Position numbers and translations under genes: made by a program. The notes beneath the pieces were generated by a model, which saw only the letters and a program-made list of their open reading frames with translations, searched no databases and had not been told where the DNA came from. A stretch of 64,000 bases of DNA from Lama glama (taxonomy: Eukaryota), in NCBI GenBank assembly GCA_028534125.1, contig CM052831.1, positions 1,240,001-1,304,000 of the forward strand, written 5' to 3'. Below, one piece after another: positions 1-13,614 of this stretch. The number at the start of each line of letters is the position of its first letter. Positions within the stretch are counted from its first letter, which is position 1.

Positions 1-471
1 GAGACTGTTTAGTTGGAGGCAGAACACAGACTGAGAACTTCCCCCTGGGGAGTGAAGGGCTGTTCAGCACAGGGCAGCCCCAGGCCCTGCGCCTCGGCAC
101 CACAGCCTGGAGGCTCGGCCGTCCCACACGGCTTCCTCGCTCGCGACATGCTCGGCATCCTGGCCGGGCGTTCTGACAGCACGCCACGCTGCTGTTTGCG
201 TCAGTTTAAAATCTTTTCAGTGGACAGTCATCTCTAAGAGCACAATGAGGCTGCTGGGAAAATGATTTGTTTTTTAAAAAACATCACTTTAATAGCCAAA
301 ATCTATTTCATCAGGTGAAGAACCCCAGCCAATAGTTGGGGCCCACATTTGCTGGCTGCTAAAGCACTTCCATTAGAAAAACCGGGGCTTTGTTTTGTTT
401 GCAAAAATGCGAAGTGTCAAAAAAAAAAAAATAGCAGTGCCCCAGATACCAGCCCCAGAGGCATTTTCTCA

Positions 472-729
<258 letters not shown>

Positions 730-934
730 CTATACAGAAATTACGAAACAGGGACAGTCCTTCTAGTTTTAACATCGTCTCACACTTCTCACAGTAAACG
801 CCTGATGACTTCTGTGGCCAGCCCACTGCTAACGTAAGTGGCATCTTTAATCGTCCCTATCATCGAGGTGGCTATTATCACAGAGACACGGCCAGTACAG
901 GACCAGCTCCCGATGCTTCACATGCTCCTCCCAC

Positions 935-1050
935 TCACCCCATGAAGCAAACAAGGAAGCTGAGACAGAGATTAAATAACACGTCCTTAGCACCATAATC
1001 TAGAAAATGGCAGAGTGGGGCCATGAAGTCTGGCAGCAGGGTTCTCGAGA
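935..1050 (-). mobile_element. MIR SINE fragment
   Basis: aaggaagctgagacagagattaaataac...gaaaatggcagag resembles the reverse MIR core. Confidence 0.6.
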
Positions 1051-1664
1051 TCACGTGCCCATCAAGCAGTATAGTCTTCCCAAACTGTTCCCCCAGTGCC
1101 AAGGCAGGGTTGTGACCTGATCGCAGCATAACAACTTGCTGGGACTCTGAGATACTGCCTTCTGTCTCTACAGACACAGGAAGGCACCAATCTACAAGCC
1201 ATTGCAAGTCTATACCGAAGGAATGAATGACAGGATGTTCACTTTATGCTGAGTGGCCCCACAGACTGAAGAATGCCACGTGAGCTAGGGTCCTGAAGCC
1301 ACGGGCTGCTGAGCTGACACCTGGACAAGTCCTAGTAAAGCACAAGCTGGCTTCTGGAAGGACGACTGTGGCTGGCAGATGCTGGGCAGACGTAGCAGGT
1401 GCACGGCCACGTGTCACATGTGAAAGCAGTGCTCTAAAGCTGGTGCAGGACAGGGAAACGCCATGGCCTTTTCAGGCTGCAATCACCCTTCCTCAGCTTT
1501 GGCACAAGAGCCCAGGGAGAGTCAGGGGCTAAGGAAGGTGTGCGGACTCGGGTAGAGCACGGCTGGCTACTGAAGAACAACGTGGGCTCCAAGACACTGC
1601 TTTAAAACCGGCCCAGTAAAGGGTCCTCTCAGATTTCCTTTCAATGTCCTTTTGGAGACAGTTT

Positions 1665-1740
1665 AATCTTCAGTGTGACCCTGGGCCCATGGCCAGTCTC
1701 TGGTGCCTGGCTTCCTCATCTGTCAAATCAGGTGATACTG
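1665..1740 (+). mobile_element. MIR SINE fragment
   Basis: gtgtgaccctggg...cttcctcatctgtcaaat matches the MIR core. Confidence 0.7.
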
Positions 1741-1744
1741 GGCT

Positions 1745-2000
1745 AGACCACTGGAGCAAACTGGCAGCCCACAGACTGCTCCTGTTTTGGCCTGCAGAGT
1801 CTCACGTGTCTTTAAACTCACCTTGTTGCCCATTTTTGAACACTGGGAAATTTCACACCAAATTAGTTATTCAGCTTCTTCTGAGAAGCAAGAAGGTGTG
1901 GCCCCAGAGGGCCCCTGTGACCATGCAGCAGCACTGGGAGTGGAAGACAGGGAGCCGCCCCCCCAGCGAGGGCTCATGTGGCTCCCAGCGCCTCGCTCAG
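1745..2000 (+). mobile_element. MER102-like hAT-Charlie DNA transposon remnant
   Basis: gcaaactggcagcccacag...ttttggcctgca...gggaaatttcaca...cagcttctt follows the recalled MER102 consensus. Confidence 0.6.
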
Positions 2001-2489
2001 CTCTGCGGCCGTCTGAGAAGACGTCTGAGCTGTGTCCTAGAGGCTGACACCTCTAAAACTGTGTATCCTAAGTGCAGAGGGAACACTCTGAAGCTTGCCA
2101 GGGCACAGTGAGAGGAGCAGCAGGCTAACACCAGGACTCCCAGTGGGACACCCACCTTATGCCCAAACTCCACCACCTCCCCAGTCACTGCCTAGTCACT
2201 GTCCCTTCTCTGCCCCCAGCACTACAGGCCCCAACTCCCCACCCTCAGCTGTCAGCCTCAAAAGCAGGGCTGTGCCTGATTTGATGGCAGACCCTCATCT
2301 CTACCAAAAACAGAAGAGACGATCAGCATATTCCATTAAAATAAAACAAGTACTCGATTAAGAAAAGCTTCGGTGTGCCTACCTTCCTCCATCTAAAGGC
2401 TCTCCGAAGGCTGGCACAGGAGGTGGCTATAGGCTGGGAGGCTTGCACAGAGATCCCACTGAACCCTCCCAACCAGCCCACAAACTTGA

Positions 2490-2600
2490 TAATCTAGCTT
2501 GTACTTTGCAGGTTTAGAAACTGAAACTCAGAAATTACCAATTTACCCAAAGTGAAACAGTTAGCAAGCAGCAGAGTCAGGCTGCAACCTCAATCTTCCA
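2490..2600 (-). mobile_element. MIR SINE fragment
   Basis: tttgcaggtttagaaactgaaactcagaaa...tttacccaaagt is the reverse MIR core. Confidence 0.65.
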
Positions 2601-3379
2601 AGAACTTACTTCTGTGTGCCCACCCCCACAAGCCAATGGCACAAAAAATAGGTTGTTGACAAAAGAACATTAAAAAACCTACTTTATCTTCAGTCTCACC
2701 TGAACACCTCTTTCTAAAACCCAAACACAAAGCCCCATTACTAAGAGCGTGCAGCCCTCAAGAGTGGAACGGGCGTCCTCTACGCAAGCACCACACTCGT
2801 GCCGGTCACTCAGTTAAGTTGCCTGAAGCTTGGGGCCCGTCAGCAAATGTAATGCAGGAGAGTTTCCACATGCCCGAAGCACATGGAGGGACTGGACAAC
2901 CCGCAGGTGCTGAGAGCCTCTCCTGTCCCTTGGGAGGAAAATGGTGCAACGTTACAAAAGCACGAAGGCCCCATGCTGACAGAGAAACAGCCGCTAGAGC
3001 CACGCCGCTCCTTCCCGTTACGAGACATCTAGAACCAGTACACAGTCACGACAGATTCAGAGTGGTAACTACCACTGCCTTGAAGGTATCTGACAGATCC
3101 CGGAAGCCCTGGCTAAAAAGAGCCTTGAAGGGCACACATCAGCAGACAAGGTGGCCTTAAAGAAGATCTCCAAAGGACAAGGACAAGCTTGTCAGTCTCA
3201 CCATGGCTCTGGCTGTGATTCAGGACTGGTCTCTACATGCCTGATGGCCAGAAAGCCTGAGCCACAAAACCCCCAACCAGCGCCCTGGGCTGGCAGCACA
3301 GCAGGGCCCCTTGCAGGTCCTCTCAGCAGGCACTCAGCCCTCATCAGGAGGTTGGGGAGCCTCAGATTTGATCAAACGT

Positions 3380-4270
3380 GAGTTCTCAAGCAGACAAGGA
3401 CACAAAATAAATAAATAGTTTCATGAACAAGGAACAAGAGGCCATCAAAAACAGCCAGATTTTGAAGGAGTGAAAAAATATAAAAATGGGTAGGGGAGAG
3501 GGGCTTCCTCACTACAGAAAAGGAAAAAAAAAAGCAAGCTAACATATATACAGAAGATATGATAGATTTTGAAAATCAGTTTTGCAACCAGCAGTCTGAT
3601 AACTGATAAAATGACCGTCAACAAATGCCACAGCCACAGAGTAAAAGGATACTCAGGACACCTCAGCGCCACCGAAGACAGTTACAGATCACAGAGGGAA
3701 GCAGCCCCTCACGGTGGGAAGTGGCGTCAGCCTCCTGTGGTGACGCAGGTTCCAGACATGTCACTAGTGCGGCGCTCTGCCAAAGCGCAGAACGCTTCAG
3801 ACAGAGACAATCAGCCAAGCACCGCAGGACGACTACAGGACACTCTACAGAACAACTGTCCTGACGCTTCAAAGTGTCAATGTCATAAAGGAAAAAACAA
3901 CCAAAAATGCAAGGGAGGGTAACTGTTCTAGGGAAAAAGAGACAACAATGAATGCAGCGTGTGACATTTTATTACAACTGAACTTGAAAGTACAAAGTGA
4001 AGGAGCCAAAGACTGAAACGACTTGGAGAAATTGTAATATAACCTAGACATTAGCCAATACTGTCAGCAACACTGTGTTTCTTGGGTGGATGATGGCATC
4101 AGGGTAACGTCGGAGAAGGTCCTCGTGCTTACTCTCAAATGGTTCACAAATAAAACAGAGAAAACCCAAATGTCACAAAGTATTTATAATTTGCTACCTT
4201 TGAGTAGGGTACAGAGGGGTTCACCACACTGTTCTTCCCACTCTTCTAGGTTCCAAACTTCTCAAGACAA
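3380..4270 (+). mobile_element. Ancient L1 3' region (L1MC4-like)
   Basis: A-rich strand with ggacactctacagaacaactgtcctga...caaagtgtcaatgtcat and a terminal gggtacagaggggttcaccacactgttcttcccactctt motif. Confidence 0.65.
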
Positions 4271-4274
4271 GAGG

Positions 4275-5150
4275 GAATACTCAATGGACTGGATTAAAGA
4301 GCAGCTTCATACAGCTCACAAGACAGACTGCAAGAGAGATCTAAAGAAACTACCCAGAGCGCAGCAGAGCCAAACAAACAGAAAACATGAAAGAGGTGGA
4401 AAGAAAGAAGACAGCTCTGGCACAGGGTTTCCTAGTCTCGGCACTGTGGACATTTGGGGCTGGACAATCCTTCGTCGTGGGAACCACCCTGTGCACCGCA
4501 GGATGCTCTGCAGGCCCCCAGGCCTCCACCCACGAGATGCCAGCAGCACTCCCCACTCAAGCACGTGTGACAATGTCTCAGGACAGTGCCAAATGTCCCC
4601 TGGGGGCAAGGTTGGCCAGGGCTGAGGGCCTCTGCAGTGGAATCTCACAGAGCCGGTGTCCCAGAAGGAGAGAACAGAACAGGGAAAGGCTGCATCTGAA
4701 GAGACAAAGGCTGACCAGTTCCCAGAACTGATCAGACACAATATGTACTCAGATCCAGAGAGCACAGTTAACATCAAACAGGACACATGGAAGTAAATCC
4801 ACTCTTTGGCGTATCACAGCAAAACACCAGAACCAAAATACCCCAAACATATTCAGCAACAGAAGACAAAGTCCTCAAAGTCAGTCTTCTCAAAAGCAAC
4901 AACAGAAGCCAAAAGGCAGTGAGTCTCATTGGGAGAAACAGCACTCGGAAAAGACATCCATCCGCTGAAGTGTGTGTCCAACACAACTGCCTTTCCCAGC
5001 AGGAGCAGCACAATGAAGAGAAGCCCCTGTTGCCACCCACACACTCCTGGAAGGGACTTCTTAATGACGCACTTTAAGAAGAAGATGGAGGGAGAGCAAA
5101 GGTCTAAGATGTGAGAAGGAATAGTAAGCACATAAACGCTAAACACAGTG
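4275..5150 (+). mobile_element. Decayed L1 ORF1 / HAL1-like segment interrupted by MER20
   Basis: Purine-rich ORF1-type motifs (gtcccagaaggagagaacaga, ttcccagaactgat, agcaacaacagaagccaaaaggcagtg). Confidence 0.6.
4423..4634 (-). mobile_element. MER20 (hAT-Charlie MITE), near full length
   Basis: cagggtttcctagtctcggcactgtggacatttggggctgga...tgccaaatgtcccctgggggcaa is the reverse complement of the MER20 consensus. Confidence 0.9.
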
Positions 5151-6136
5151 ACAAAGCTCACATTCACACAGCCCTTTGTAGCTTAAAAAAATGTGTTCAC
5201 AAGTACAGCACCTTTCCCTCTATTCAAAGACATCAACACAACCCATACTGTCCATTCAGTTATATGATTTCAAAATAACTAAGGTCATCATCTTGCCGCT
5301 GACTGGTTTAACAACTTCCTGAAACAGGCAGCGGGGCTACCACTTCAGAAAGACTAGGAGACCTGTCTGAGGTCTTGGCAAGTCAGCACCAGAGCTGCAA
5401 CTTACAGCCTGTCTTTAGACACTTCCTCCCAAGCTCCTCCTCTCCTGCACCAAGCAGCCCTCTAGAAGAACAAGCAGGGCCCAGACTAAGGACCCGGCCA
5501 GGCCCCTCACTGACCCCACAAGCCGTCCTGCACTCACGGCCTAGAAAGCCCTTTTCTTCCCTGCAAAGCCAAACCCTCTCCCAACTCCGAAGGGCAAATG
5601 TCGAGCCTCAACCCATCCAGTTCTACCAGCCCCAGGGCCGCCCCTGCTCCAGCTCCAGCTGCAGCTGCATCTAAGACCAGGCAATGCCTCAGGCTTAGTG
5701 CTCAGCTAGAGCCTTTTGCGCTGCCACGGTTTCCTCTCTTCCCTGGAGACTGTAAGGTCCTTGAAGATAAAAATCTCATCTCTAATTCTTCTTTTCTTTT
5801 TCTTCTCATCTCTCACACAGACGAAACAGTGCTGGGTCAAGTCAGCATCTGAAAATTGCTTGCTGACTGATTTTCCTTCCCCTAAAGTAAGATGTCATTC
5901 CCAAGATTTTATGAAGCCTGAGGCCAACAGAAATGTATTTCCAAGGCAAAGAAGACTCGAAAGAGATAAAAGACAAACTCCAGTGACAATGAGACCCCTC
6001 CGAGGACTTCATTCTCTTTCTCTGGAGGTCAGCCAGGATAATTTGAATTTCAGAAGCATGGATTTTAGACACATTAGTTTTAAAACCATACACATAACCA
6101 ATTTAGCTAAACAAAGTCTCATAAGACACAAATTCA

Positions 6137-6286
<150 letters not shown>

Positions 6287-6354
6287 CTAGACACCACAAT
6301 GGAAAGAAATAGTAAGTCAATATTAAAATGTATCACAGGATGAAAGAGCACAGT

Positions 6355-7222
6355 CCCTGGTCCACACGGTCCACAGACTCACGGAGCGCCAGGCCGCCGC
6401 AGGCACTGTCCTGGTGCTGGGGGCAGCAGACAGACAGACACAGCAGTGTACTCGCTCACTACCTTGGAGAAAAGGGCAACAAAATGGCTGGGGGCAGAGG
6501 TTGCTCTATAAAAAGTGATCTGGGAAGACCTCTCTGATGACATTATATTTGATACATGAAGTTCCAGGCAAAGGAAACAGCAAATTCAAATTACAGGAAT
6601 GAAATCAACTATATTTCAATTAGAAAAAAAAGAGACTATATTATGGAGATGTTAGGAACAAAAACTAAGTTATAAAATTAAATACAGAATAATTTCATAT
6701 TTGTGGTAAAATACGTAATACAACTCTGTATTTGCACTTAAAATATATCCATACGTTTGTATATATATGCATAGTGAAAAATCTCGAAGAATCTACATCA
6801 AACTGTCAATGGTTTTATCTCTAAGAGATGATTTTTGCTTTTTACTCTAAAAAAAAAAAGCTAAATGTAATAAACATCTGGTCCATGGCTTTTCTTTTGG
6901 ATATATGTGGTACTGAACCTTTAATAAAGTAATAACAAAAGAAAACAAAATACAGAAATGAGCTTGGCATGTCCAAGGGACAGGAGGACTGCAGTGACCA
7001 GAGTTCAGAAAACAAAAAGACCAGAAAGGTGAGGGTGAAGAGGCAGGAGGGGCAGAACTCAGACAGGATCTTCCAGCTCACAGTAAAGTCTGGATTTTAT
7101 TCTAGGTGTAAAGGGAAGCCAGTGACAAGATTCTAGGCTATGTGTCACATTCTGAGGATTTGTTTTTAAAGGATCCTGATGGCTGCTGTGTGGAGAATGG
7201 ACAGCAGGGGTACAAATGGGAA
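6355..7222 (-). mobile_element. L2 LINE 3' region, split by a younger insert at about 6603-6950
   Basis: caggcactgtcctggtgctggg, gttccaggcaaaggaaacagcaaa and ggattttattctaggtgtaaagggaagcca...ggctgctgtgtggagaatgga are L2 hallmarks, colinear across the insert. Confidence 0.8.
6603..6950 (+). mobile_element. Retroposed AT-rich insert: L1 3' terminus, extra sequence, AATAAA and A-tail, with a target site duplication
   Basis: Flanked by tacaggaatga (6592-6602) and tacagaaatga (6951-6961). Starts aatcaactatatttcaattagaaaaaaaa and ends aataaa...aaaagaaaacaaaa. Confidence 0.7.
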
Positions 7223-7400
7223 CAGTGATTCTTAGTCTGGGACCAGGGACGTATCCAAAGGGCCCACATACCTCCTGAAACTGGAAGTGAAATTGGAAAC
7301 AAAACTGCGTGTCTATGTTCAAATGTGCATTCTTCCAGGGGGACGATTCACAGCTTTTATTAGACTCCCAAGTTAACCACCTAAGGGCTAGGAATCAGTA
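7223..7400. mobile_element. Short hAT-Charlie-type MITE remnant (family uncertain)
   Basis: Begins cagtgattcttag and ends ctaggaatcagt (degenerate inverted termini). Internal gtgcattcttccaggggga...cacagcttttattagactc motif. Confidence 0.5.
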
Positions 7401-7642
7401 ACATATTCTACTGGTTGGCCATCAGTTAACCAGCCCAGAATGCCGCAAAGCGAGTGCTGCATGTGAGGTTAAACCTACGGCATTCTAAGATCCAACAAAT
7501 GCCTTTCGAATACTCAAGATTAAATTACCTGATTGTTGGTATCCTTTAAACACATTCTGAGTATTACATCCCTCACAGCATACACGTATTGTGTATATCT
7601 AGATACATACATCATATATACACATACTCACATATGTGTATA

Positions 7643-7850
7643 CAGTTGACCCTTGAAGTACAGGGGGCCTGACCCCCCACAGTCGAAAATCAGCACATAA
7701 CTCTACAGTCAGCCCTCCCTCTCTGCTGGCCAGCAGCCCTGGACTCAGCCAGTTGGAGGTCATGTAGTACCCTGGTATACATTTATTGAAAGAAATCCAC
7801 ATGGAAGTGGACTCGTGCAGTTCAAACCGATGTTGTTCAAGGATCAACTG
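7643..7850. mobile_element. Short Tigger2-derived MITE (MER8/Tigger2a-type) with intact termini
   Basis: TIRs cagttgacccttgaa / ttcaaggatcaactg, flanked by TA on both sides (7641-7642, 7851-7852). Confidence 0.9.
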
Positions 7851-8754
7851 TATACAGATGTGTGTGTGTATGCAGAAATTCCGTAAGTGAGTTACTGATT
7901 TCATGTACTATTAAAAAAATTAACTATAAAGGAGTAATGCTGAGAAAGTCACGCTTACTGAATGTCTGTATCTCAGGACCACACAATACAAGTTTCTCAC
8001 ACTGATTTAATACCCCAATACATGACTGTCTAAAAGGTGTCCTCTCCTCGCCTTAGGGCAGGTCACTGTTCTGTTCCCTGGGCGGCATCATCCTGAAAGG
8101 GTCTGTGAACGAACACATCTCGCCTCCTCCATCACTTTTCTCCAGGACTGTGGAGAAGTGCCTCGGTCCCACACTTAGAGAGTACCTCAAAAACAAGGAT
8201 TCAAGAGAAGTGTGTGGATGTGCTGTATTCCATTTCTTGCTCAGCTGGAAAAGCACAGCACCCTTAACAGAGCCTAGAAGATATTCTTCAGATGCTGCGT
8301 TTTTAACAAGATAAAAGAGCCACTATGGTCTCTCCATGGTACCCTCTAATATCGCAATCCTCAGCACTGGATGCTTTGGGCAACTCAAAAGAGGTAGAAT
8401 AGACTTTCTGAACCTTGGCTGTGTACTCATATTTACACACAGGACCCCTTCCATTTAACCTTCCTCAGTTTAGGCTCCTTCTCTCCAGTGAGATATGTTC
8501 AATGAATTCTAAAATTTAAAAAGCATGAACCAGAGGGGCCTTTAAAAGATGACCTAGTCTAACTCTCTCATCTTTCAGACAAGGACATTAAACACCAGGG
8601 AGGCTGCTGATGTGGCCAGACTCTTACAAGGATCTGGTAGCTGAGGTGGATGGTTAATAATTCAATAAATAAATACCGAGTCCCTTTAATGAGGCTGGTT
8701 CTAGGTATATAATACGGCCCGGTCTCTATCCTTGGGAAACTCATATTTGTATGA

Positions 8755-9225
8755 AAGCATACAGCATCAGAGTTAAGAGTATGGATTCTGGTGGAGTCAG
8801 ACAGGCTTGGGTTTAAATCCTGGCTCTACCAATTACCAGCTGAGTGACCTTGGATCCTTGAATTTAACCCCTGTGAACTACCATTTCCTCACCTGAAAAC
8901 AAAGTTCATAACACAGTTAGAGGCACAAATGCTAACAGGTTTATGGTAAAGTATATTAACATCTCTAACTTACTTTGAAATGCAAAAGTAGATTCCTGGA
9001 TGAATAAATGAGAAGATACAAAATAAAACAACAGAGTAAAACGTTACTTGTAGAATTCAGTCACACAGGTACTCACTACGTAAGTCTTTCAACTTTTCTG
9101 TATGTCTGAAAAGGGTCATAATAGAGTGGAGGAGGGACAGTCACTAGGGTGGAGGGGAAGACATGGGAAGGGAGCTGCTCAGCACAGCATGCGGCACACA
9201 GAGAGCATCCGACAATGCCAGCCAC
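8755..9225 (+). mobile_element. MIR interrupted by an old L1M 3' fragment (about 8935-9130)
   Basis: gttaagagtatggattctgg...ctgagtgaccttgg...catttcctcacctg; L1M terminal tcaacttttctgtatgtctgaaaa; MIR tail cagcacagcatgcggcacacag. Confidence 0.7.
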
Positions 9226-10041
9226 CTGCAGTGACAGCCCCTCAGGGAGTAGAAGCTGGATAAAGAAACGTTAGAGTCACCTGGGCCCCGTCACTATTTC
9301 CTCTCTGGAAAGATGATGCTCAAAATGGACACCAGAGGCTTCTCTTTGGGCAGCTCTATTTGCACAAGCAGGCTGAGGGGCAACAGCCTTACCCTGGATT
9401 CCGCAGCTGCCAAGCCACAGGAGAGGCCAAGGGGAGCGGGGCGAGCTAGCGCCCAGCAGGCTGAGGGGCCGCACCACCACTGAGGGCTCCAGGAACTGGT
9501 ACAGCCCCAGCGTCACCGTCACCAAGCTGGTGGCAAGCGGGTAGGTGAAGTGACCCCTCCCACCCTCAATTTCTTCATCTGCAAAAAAGTAATACAAAGA
9601 GCCTGACAAGTCTTGAGACTATAATGTAGGTGAAAGGACTCGGCATCAGCGTCACTCAGCGGACTCATCCGAATGGTCCACAAGGGTGCGGGTGGTGCGG
9701 GGAAAGCAGCCTGACTCTCTCCTCCTCAGGCTGATCACTTCTCTACCTCAACCGCCCCCCGACCCCCAGGCTCCTACTGCGTTCGCAGAACTCCAAACTC
9801 GTACCGCGGCGCACACAGCCCTGCGGGAACTGACACCCGCCCCACCCCCGCCCCAGTCTAACAGCGGTGCAAACGTTTATCGTCTGAAACGCAAGCGCCC
9901 TGAGAGCGGAGACCTGGCCCCCCTTCTCCCCGCTGCCCCCCGGCACGCGGACAGCGCCGCCCCGAGCGGGAGCTCAGTCAAGACTCGCCGGCCAGGGGCG
10001 AGGCCGCGGGGTGGTCGCCGCGTCCTGGGGAGGGCCGCCGC

Positions 10042-10460
<419 letters not shown>

Positions 10461-11499
10461 TTACCACGCGGCTGTTACCAGGCGGTTGGCCCTGGCCCGC
10501 CTCGGTAGGTGCTCCACTGGCGGCGGCCGGGACGCCTCCGCTCCCTATTGGCTCCTGGTTGTGTCCATCACGGCTGCCGCTGAGGCCCCGCCCACGCGCT
10601 TCCGGCTGTGTCCCGGGCCGGCTTCCCCCGCTGCCCGTGCTTCCGGCCCAAGCAGGGAGTCCGGCTCTGCATCGTTCCTCTTGCCCGTCTTCGCGTTCGA
10701 ACGCATGCGCTACTGCAAAGCTCCCGCGTTGCAGAAGAAACAAACCTTCAGAGCTGAAGCTTCGCCTTGTGCTCACTGAGTTTTCTGACTCCCACGCCTT
10801 TCATCTCTCTGGGGCGGCTGCGCTCAGCATCCTCCCTGGAACTGTCCTCTGCTCCTTGCCTCCACACTCTCCCATTATTTAAACTAATGCCTGTGACGGC
10901 GTTGTATGTCTCCAAAACTCTACTACCCTGTAAGGTAATGTAAATCCTAATACAGATAAAGATGAGGCCAGAAGAGGCCGGATGACCTTCCCAAGAACGC
11001 ACAGCGGGTAGTCAGCAGGTTGGGACTCCCTCCGAGGACTTACAGCCTACAGCCTGTGGCACCCTCATCTCATCCCACGACCTCAGATGAGACGGTCGGT
11101 CACAGCAGCTGTGTCCTGTCCAGTTGTGCAACGGTATGAACACTCCCTGTAACGGTGTTACACCTGCTGTGAGCCAGACACCACAACGCACTGGGATGCA
11201 GGCATAAAATACACAACCTCCAGCCTCAGCCAGGAAACCTGCAACATGAGGTGTGCAAGCCCAGAGAAGGGCTGCCCGGGACATCCTGGAAAGTCAAGGA
11301 AGGCCCCCGCGAGGTGATAACGCCCGCACCAAACCCTGTCAAAAGCATAACATCCTCAGAAGCAGATGGTGTGTCAATATCTTACAAACGAGTAGGCTCA
11401 GGTCCAGAGAGAGGGAGGGACTTGCTTAGAGCTCAGAGGAGCTTGTGTTCAGGCTGAGACAGACCTGAAGGCAACCCAGCTGCAGTATTTCCTGACTCT

Positions 11500-11700
11500 C
11501 ATGTCTCCTTGTACGTCTCCATCATAACTTCTGAACGTTAGTTTCTAATTATTCACAGGATTATCGGGTCCATGTCAGTCTCTCCCACTAAACTGCAGGC
11601 ATTATGAAAGTGTAGACCACGTGTTTGTTGTTCATCATTTTAAACCTGGTGCCTGGCACACACCCTGGCTCACAATTAAGCTGCCTTATAAATTCAGTAA
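11500..11700 (+). mobile_element. L2 3' end fragment
   Basis: tctctcccactaaactgcagg...gtgcctggcacaca. Confidence 0.65.
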
Positions 11701-11879
11701 GGTTCTAGACCCCCACATACATACCAAGTCATGCAGTTTTGCTGTGTGTATTTTACACTCTGGGTTTTGTGGGACTTGGTAATGGTTTCTGACAGTGAAT
11801 GGAAATTTGGCCCCCACCACCCCTTCCACCAGAGCTGTTCCTTTATTTTTTATTCTAAAGAACATTTCAAAAATCTGAT

Positions 11880-11990
11880 CTGGCCTAGCTTTCTCCTTTT
11901 ACAGGTGAGAAAACTGAGGCCCTAAGAGGAGATGGAGCTTGTCCAAGGTCACAGACTGAGTAAGAACCTTTCCCAGGCCTCAACCCCAGG
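11880..11990 (-). mobile_element. MIR fragment
   Basis: ttttacaggtgagaaaactgaggccc...cttgtccaaggtcacag. Confidence 0.75.
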
Positions 11991-12109
11991 GCCAGTGTGC
12001 AAAGAAGCAGAGCCTGGTTGCAGAGCCAGACAGCTCCTAACATTTCAACAGAAGGCTGCTTGGCAGGCCAGTGTCCAAGGTGCACGAGGGCGTGAAGGTG
12101 AGTGGGGAC

Positions 12110-12480
12110 CACAGCAGTGCACGTGGACTATTTTGCCCAGCATCCTTCCTGCCTCTTCCGGCCACCTGCGCTCTAGTTTTCTTTAGAGAACCACCCGTCC
12201 CCGACTTTGCATCCAGGAGGTTTGGATGGGTTGACCCTCACCCCCAGCTTTGTTACCCTGGCCGGGCCTGTCAAAGTATCCTCTCCTCCCTGAAATGGTG
12301 ATTGGTTCAGAAATGTGAGCAGATAGCCCAGTGACACTCAGTCCTACACTTTAACTGGAAATATCAGGAAAGAGACGTGGGTCCTGGGGTTCCAGGCCAT
12401 TGTGGCCACTTCCTGGGAATACTGCTTGAAAATGAAGACAGTAACCGATTCCTAATGAAATCCTTTACATTCCCAGATCC
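12110..12480 (+). mobile_element. LTR33-like ERVL solo LTR
   Basis: tgcccagcatcc...gagaaccacccgtcccc...gggttgaccctcacccccagct...gtgattggttcag. Confidence 0.6.
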
Positions 12481-12944
12481 AGGCCGGCCCTGTTTGCAAT
12501 GTAAATAGCATTGACGTTGGGGCTAACATGGCTGGAGCTAGGTTTCCATCCGTGGGTTTGAGGAACAACATGTCGCGAGTAATTGTGTGGATGGCTGTGT
12601 TCCAGCTTGTGCTGCGTGACCACCCCAGATCTGCCCACTCACGCTCACTCCCATGACCCTTGCTCTTTCACCTCCAATCCCTGGACCCCTCTTTTCTCCA
12701 GCCCAGGCTTGACCCTCTCAGCCACTTGGTTCCCAACCCTTCAGCTCCCTCCTTGCTTTGACATCTTTCACACCTGACTTTTGAACCCACCAGCCCAGGT
12801 CACCTGCCTGTGCCTCTCCACTGCCTGCTGAAGGCTGTTGTGTGTGGAGGGAGGCAGTCACACAGGGGCCCAGTGGAGCCACACACTGTCATGGTCTCCA
12901 GCCTCAGCTGAGCGCTCAAGAGCCGCCCACATAACGATAAATGT

Positions 12945-13430
12945 TGTATTAGATAGGATGGCCATTCAGCTGCATTAACAGGGAGCTTGGAAATAATGGT
13001 GAATTAAACAATATAGAAGCTATGCTTCCTCATATAAAGTCCAAGCAGGTGTTCCACCCGTCTGCTGGCTTTGTAATCATTAAGGACCTGTCCTCCTCTG
13101 CCGTGTCACTCTGCCGTTGCCCACACACACCTTCTATAGCATGGTCCAAGGTGGCAGTTGGAGCGCCCCTCAAAAGCTGCATTCACACCAGCCAAAGGGA
13201 GAAGGGGGGCAGGGGGGCTGTGCCCCACCCATTTAATTTTGACCTCAAGTTGCACCATCCCTTCTACTCACATCCCAGTGGTCACACTTAATCAGATGGC
13301 TGCAGGTAGCTGCAAAAGAGGCTGTCAGATGAGGGCTTTAGCTAGATAGGTATATATCCAGCTAAAAATGCTGTTCCTATGAAAAAAGGGGGAGAAGGTA
13401 GGTTGGAAACAACTCTTTAGTCTCTACCCT
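12945..13430 (-). mobile_element. MLT1 (J/I/K-type) ERVL-MaLR solo LTR
   Basis: tgtattagatagga...ttaaacaatatagaag...ttctactcacatcccagtgg...agctgcaaaagaggctg. Confidence 0.65.
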
Positions 13431-13614
13431 AAGCTTCCAGGCACTGCTGGGCTCTCCTTGTGTCCCAGCTCAGCGGCAGACATGACCTTGCTGCTAGCCA
13501 AGGTAACCCTACTGACTGGGTTCCAGACAGCCCCGTGGGCCCCCCATCACTCAGAGGCCTCACTCCACCCTCCTTTTCTCCTTTTTCTCTGTTTCCATCT
13601 GTTCTCCCTGATCA

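Noticed and set aside
11890-11912. Polypyrimidine tract plus CAG|GTGAGA recursive-site look-alike
   Set aside because: MIR-derived and upstream of the EEFSEC start, outside any known plus-strand transcript.
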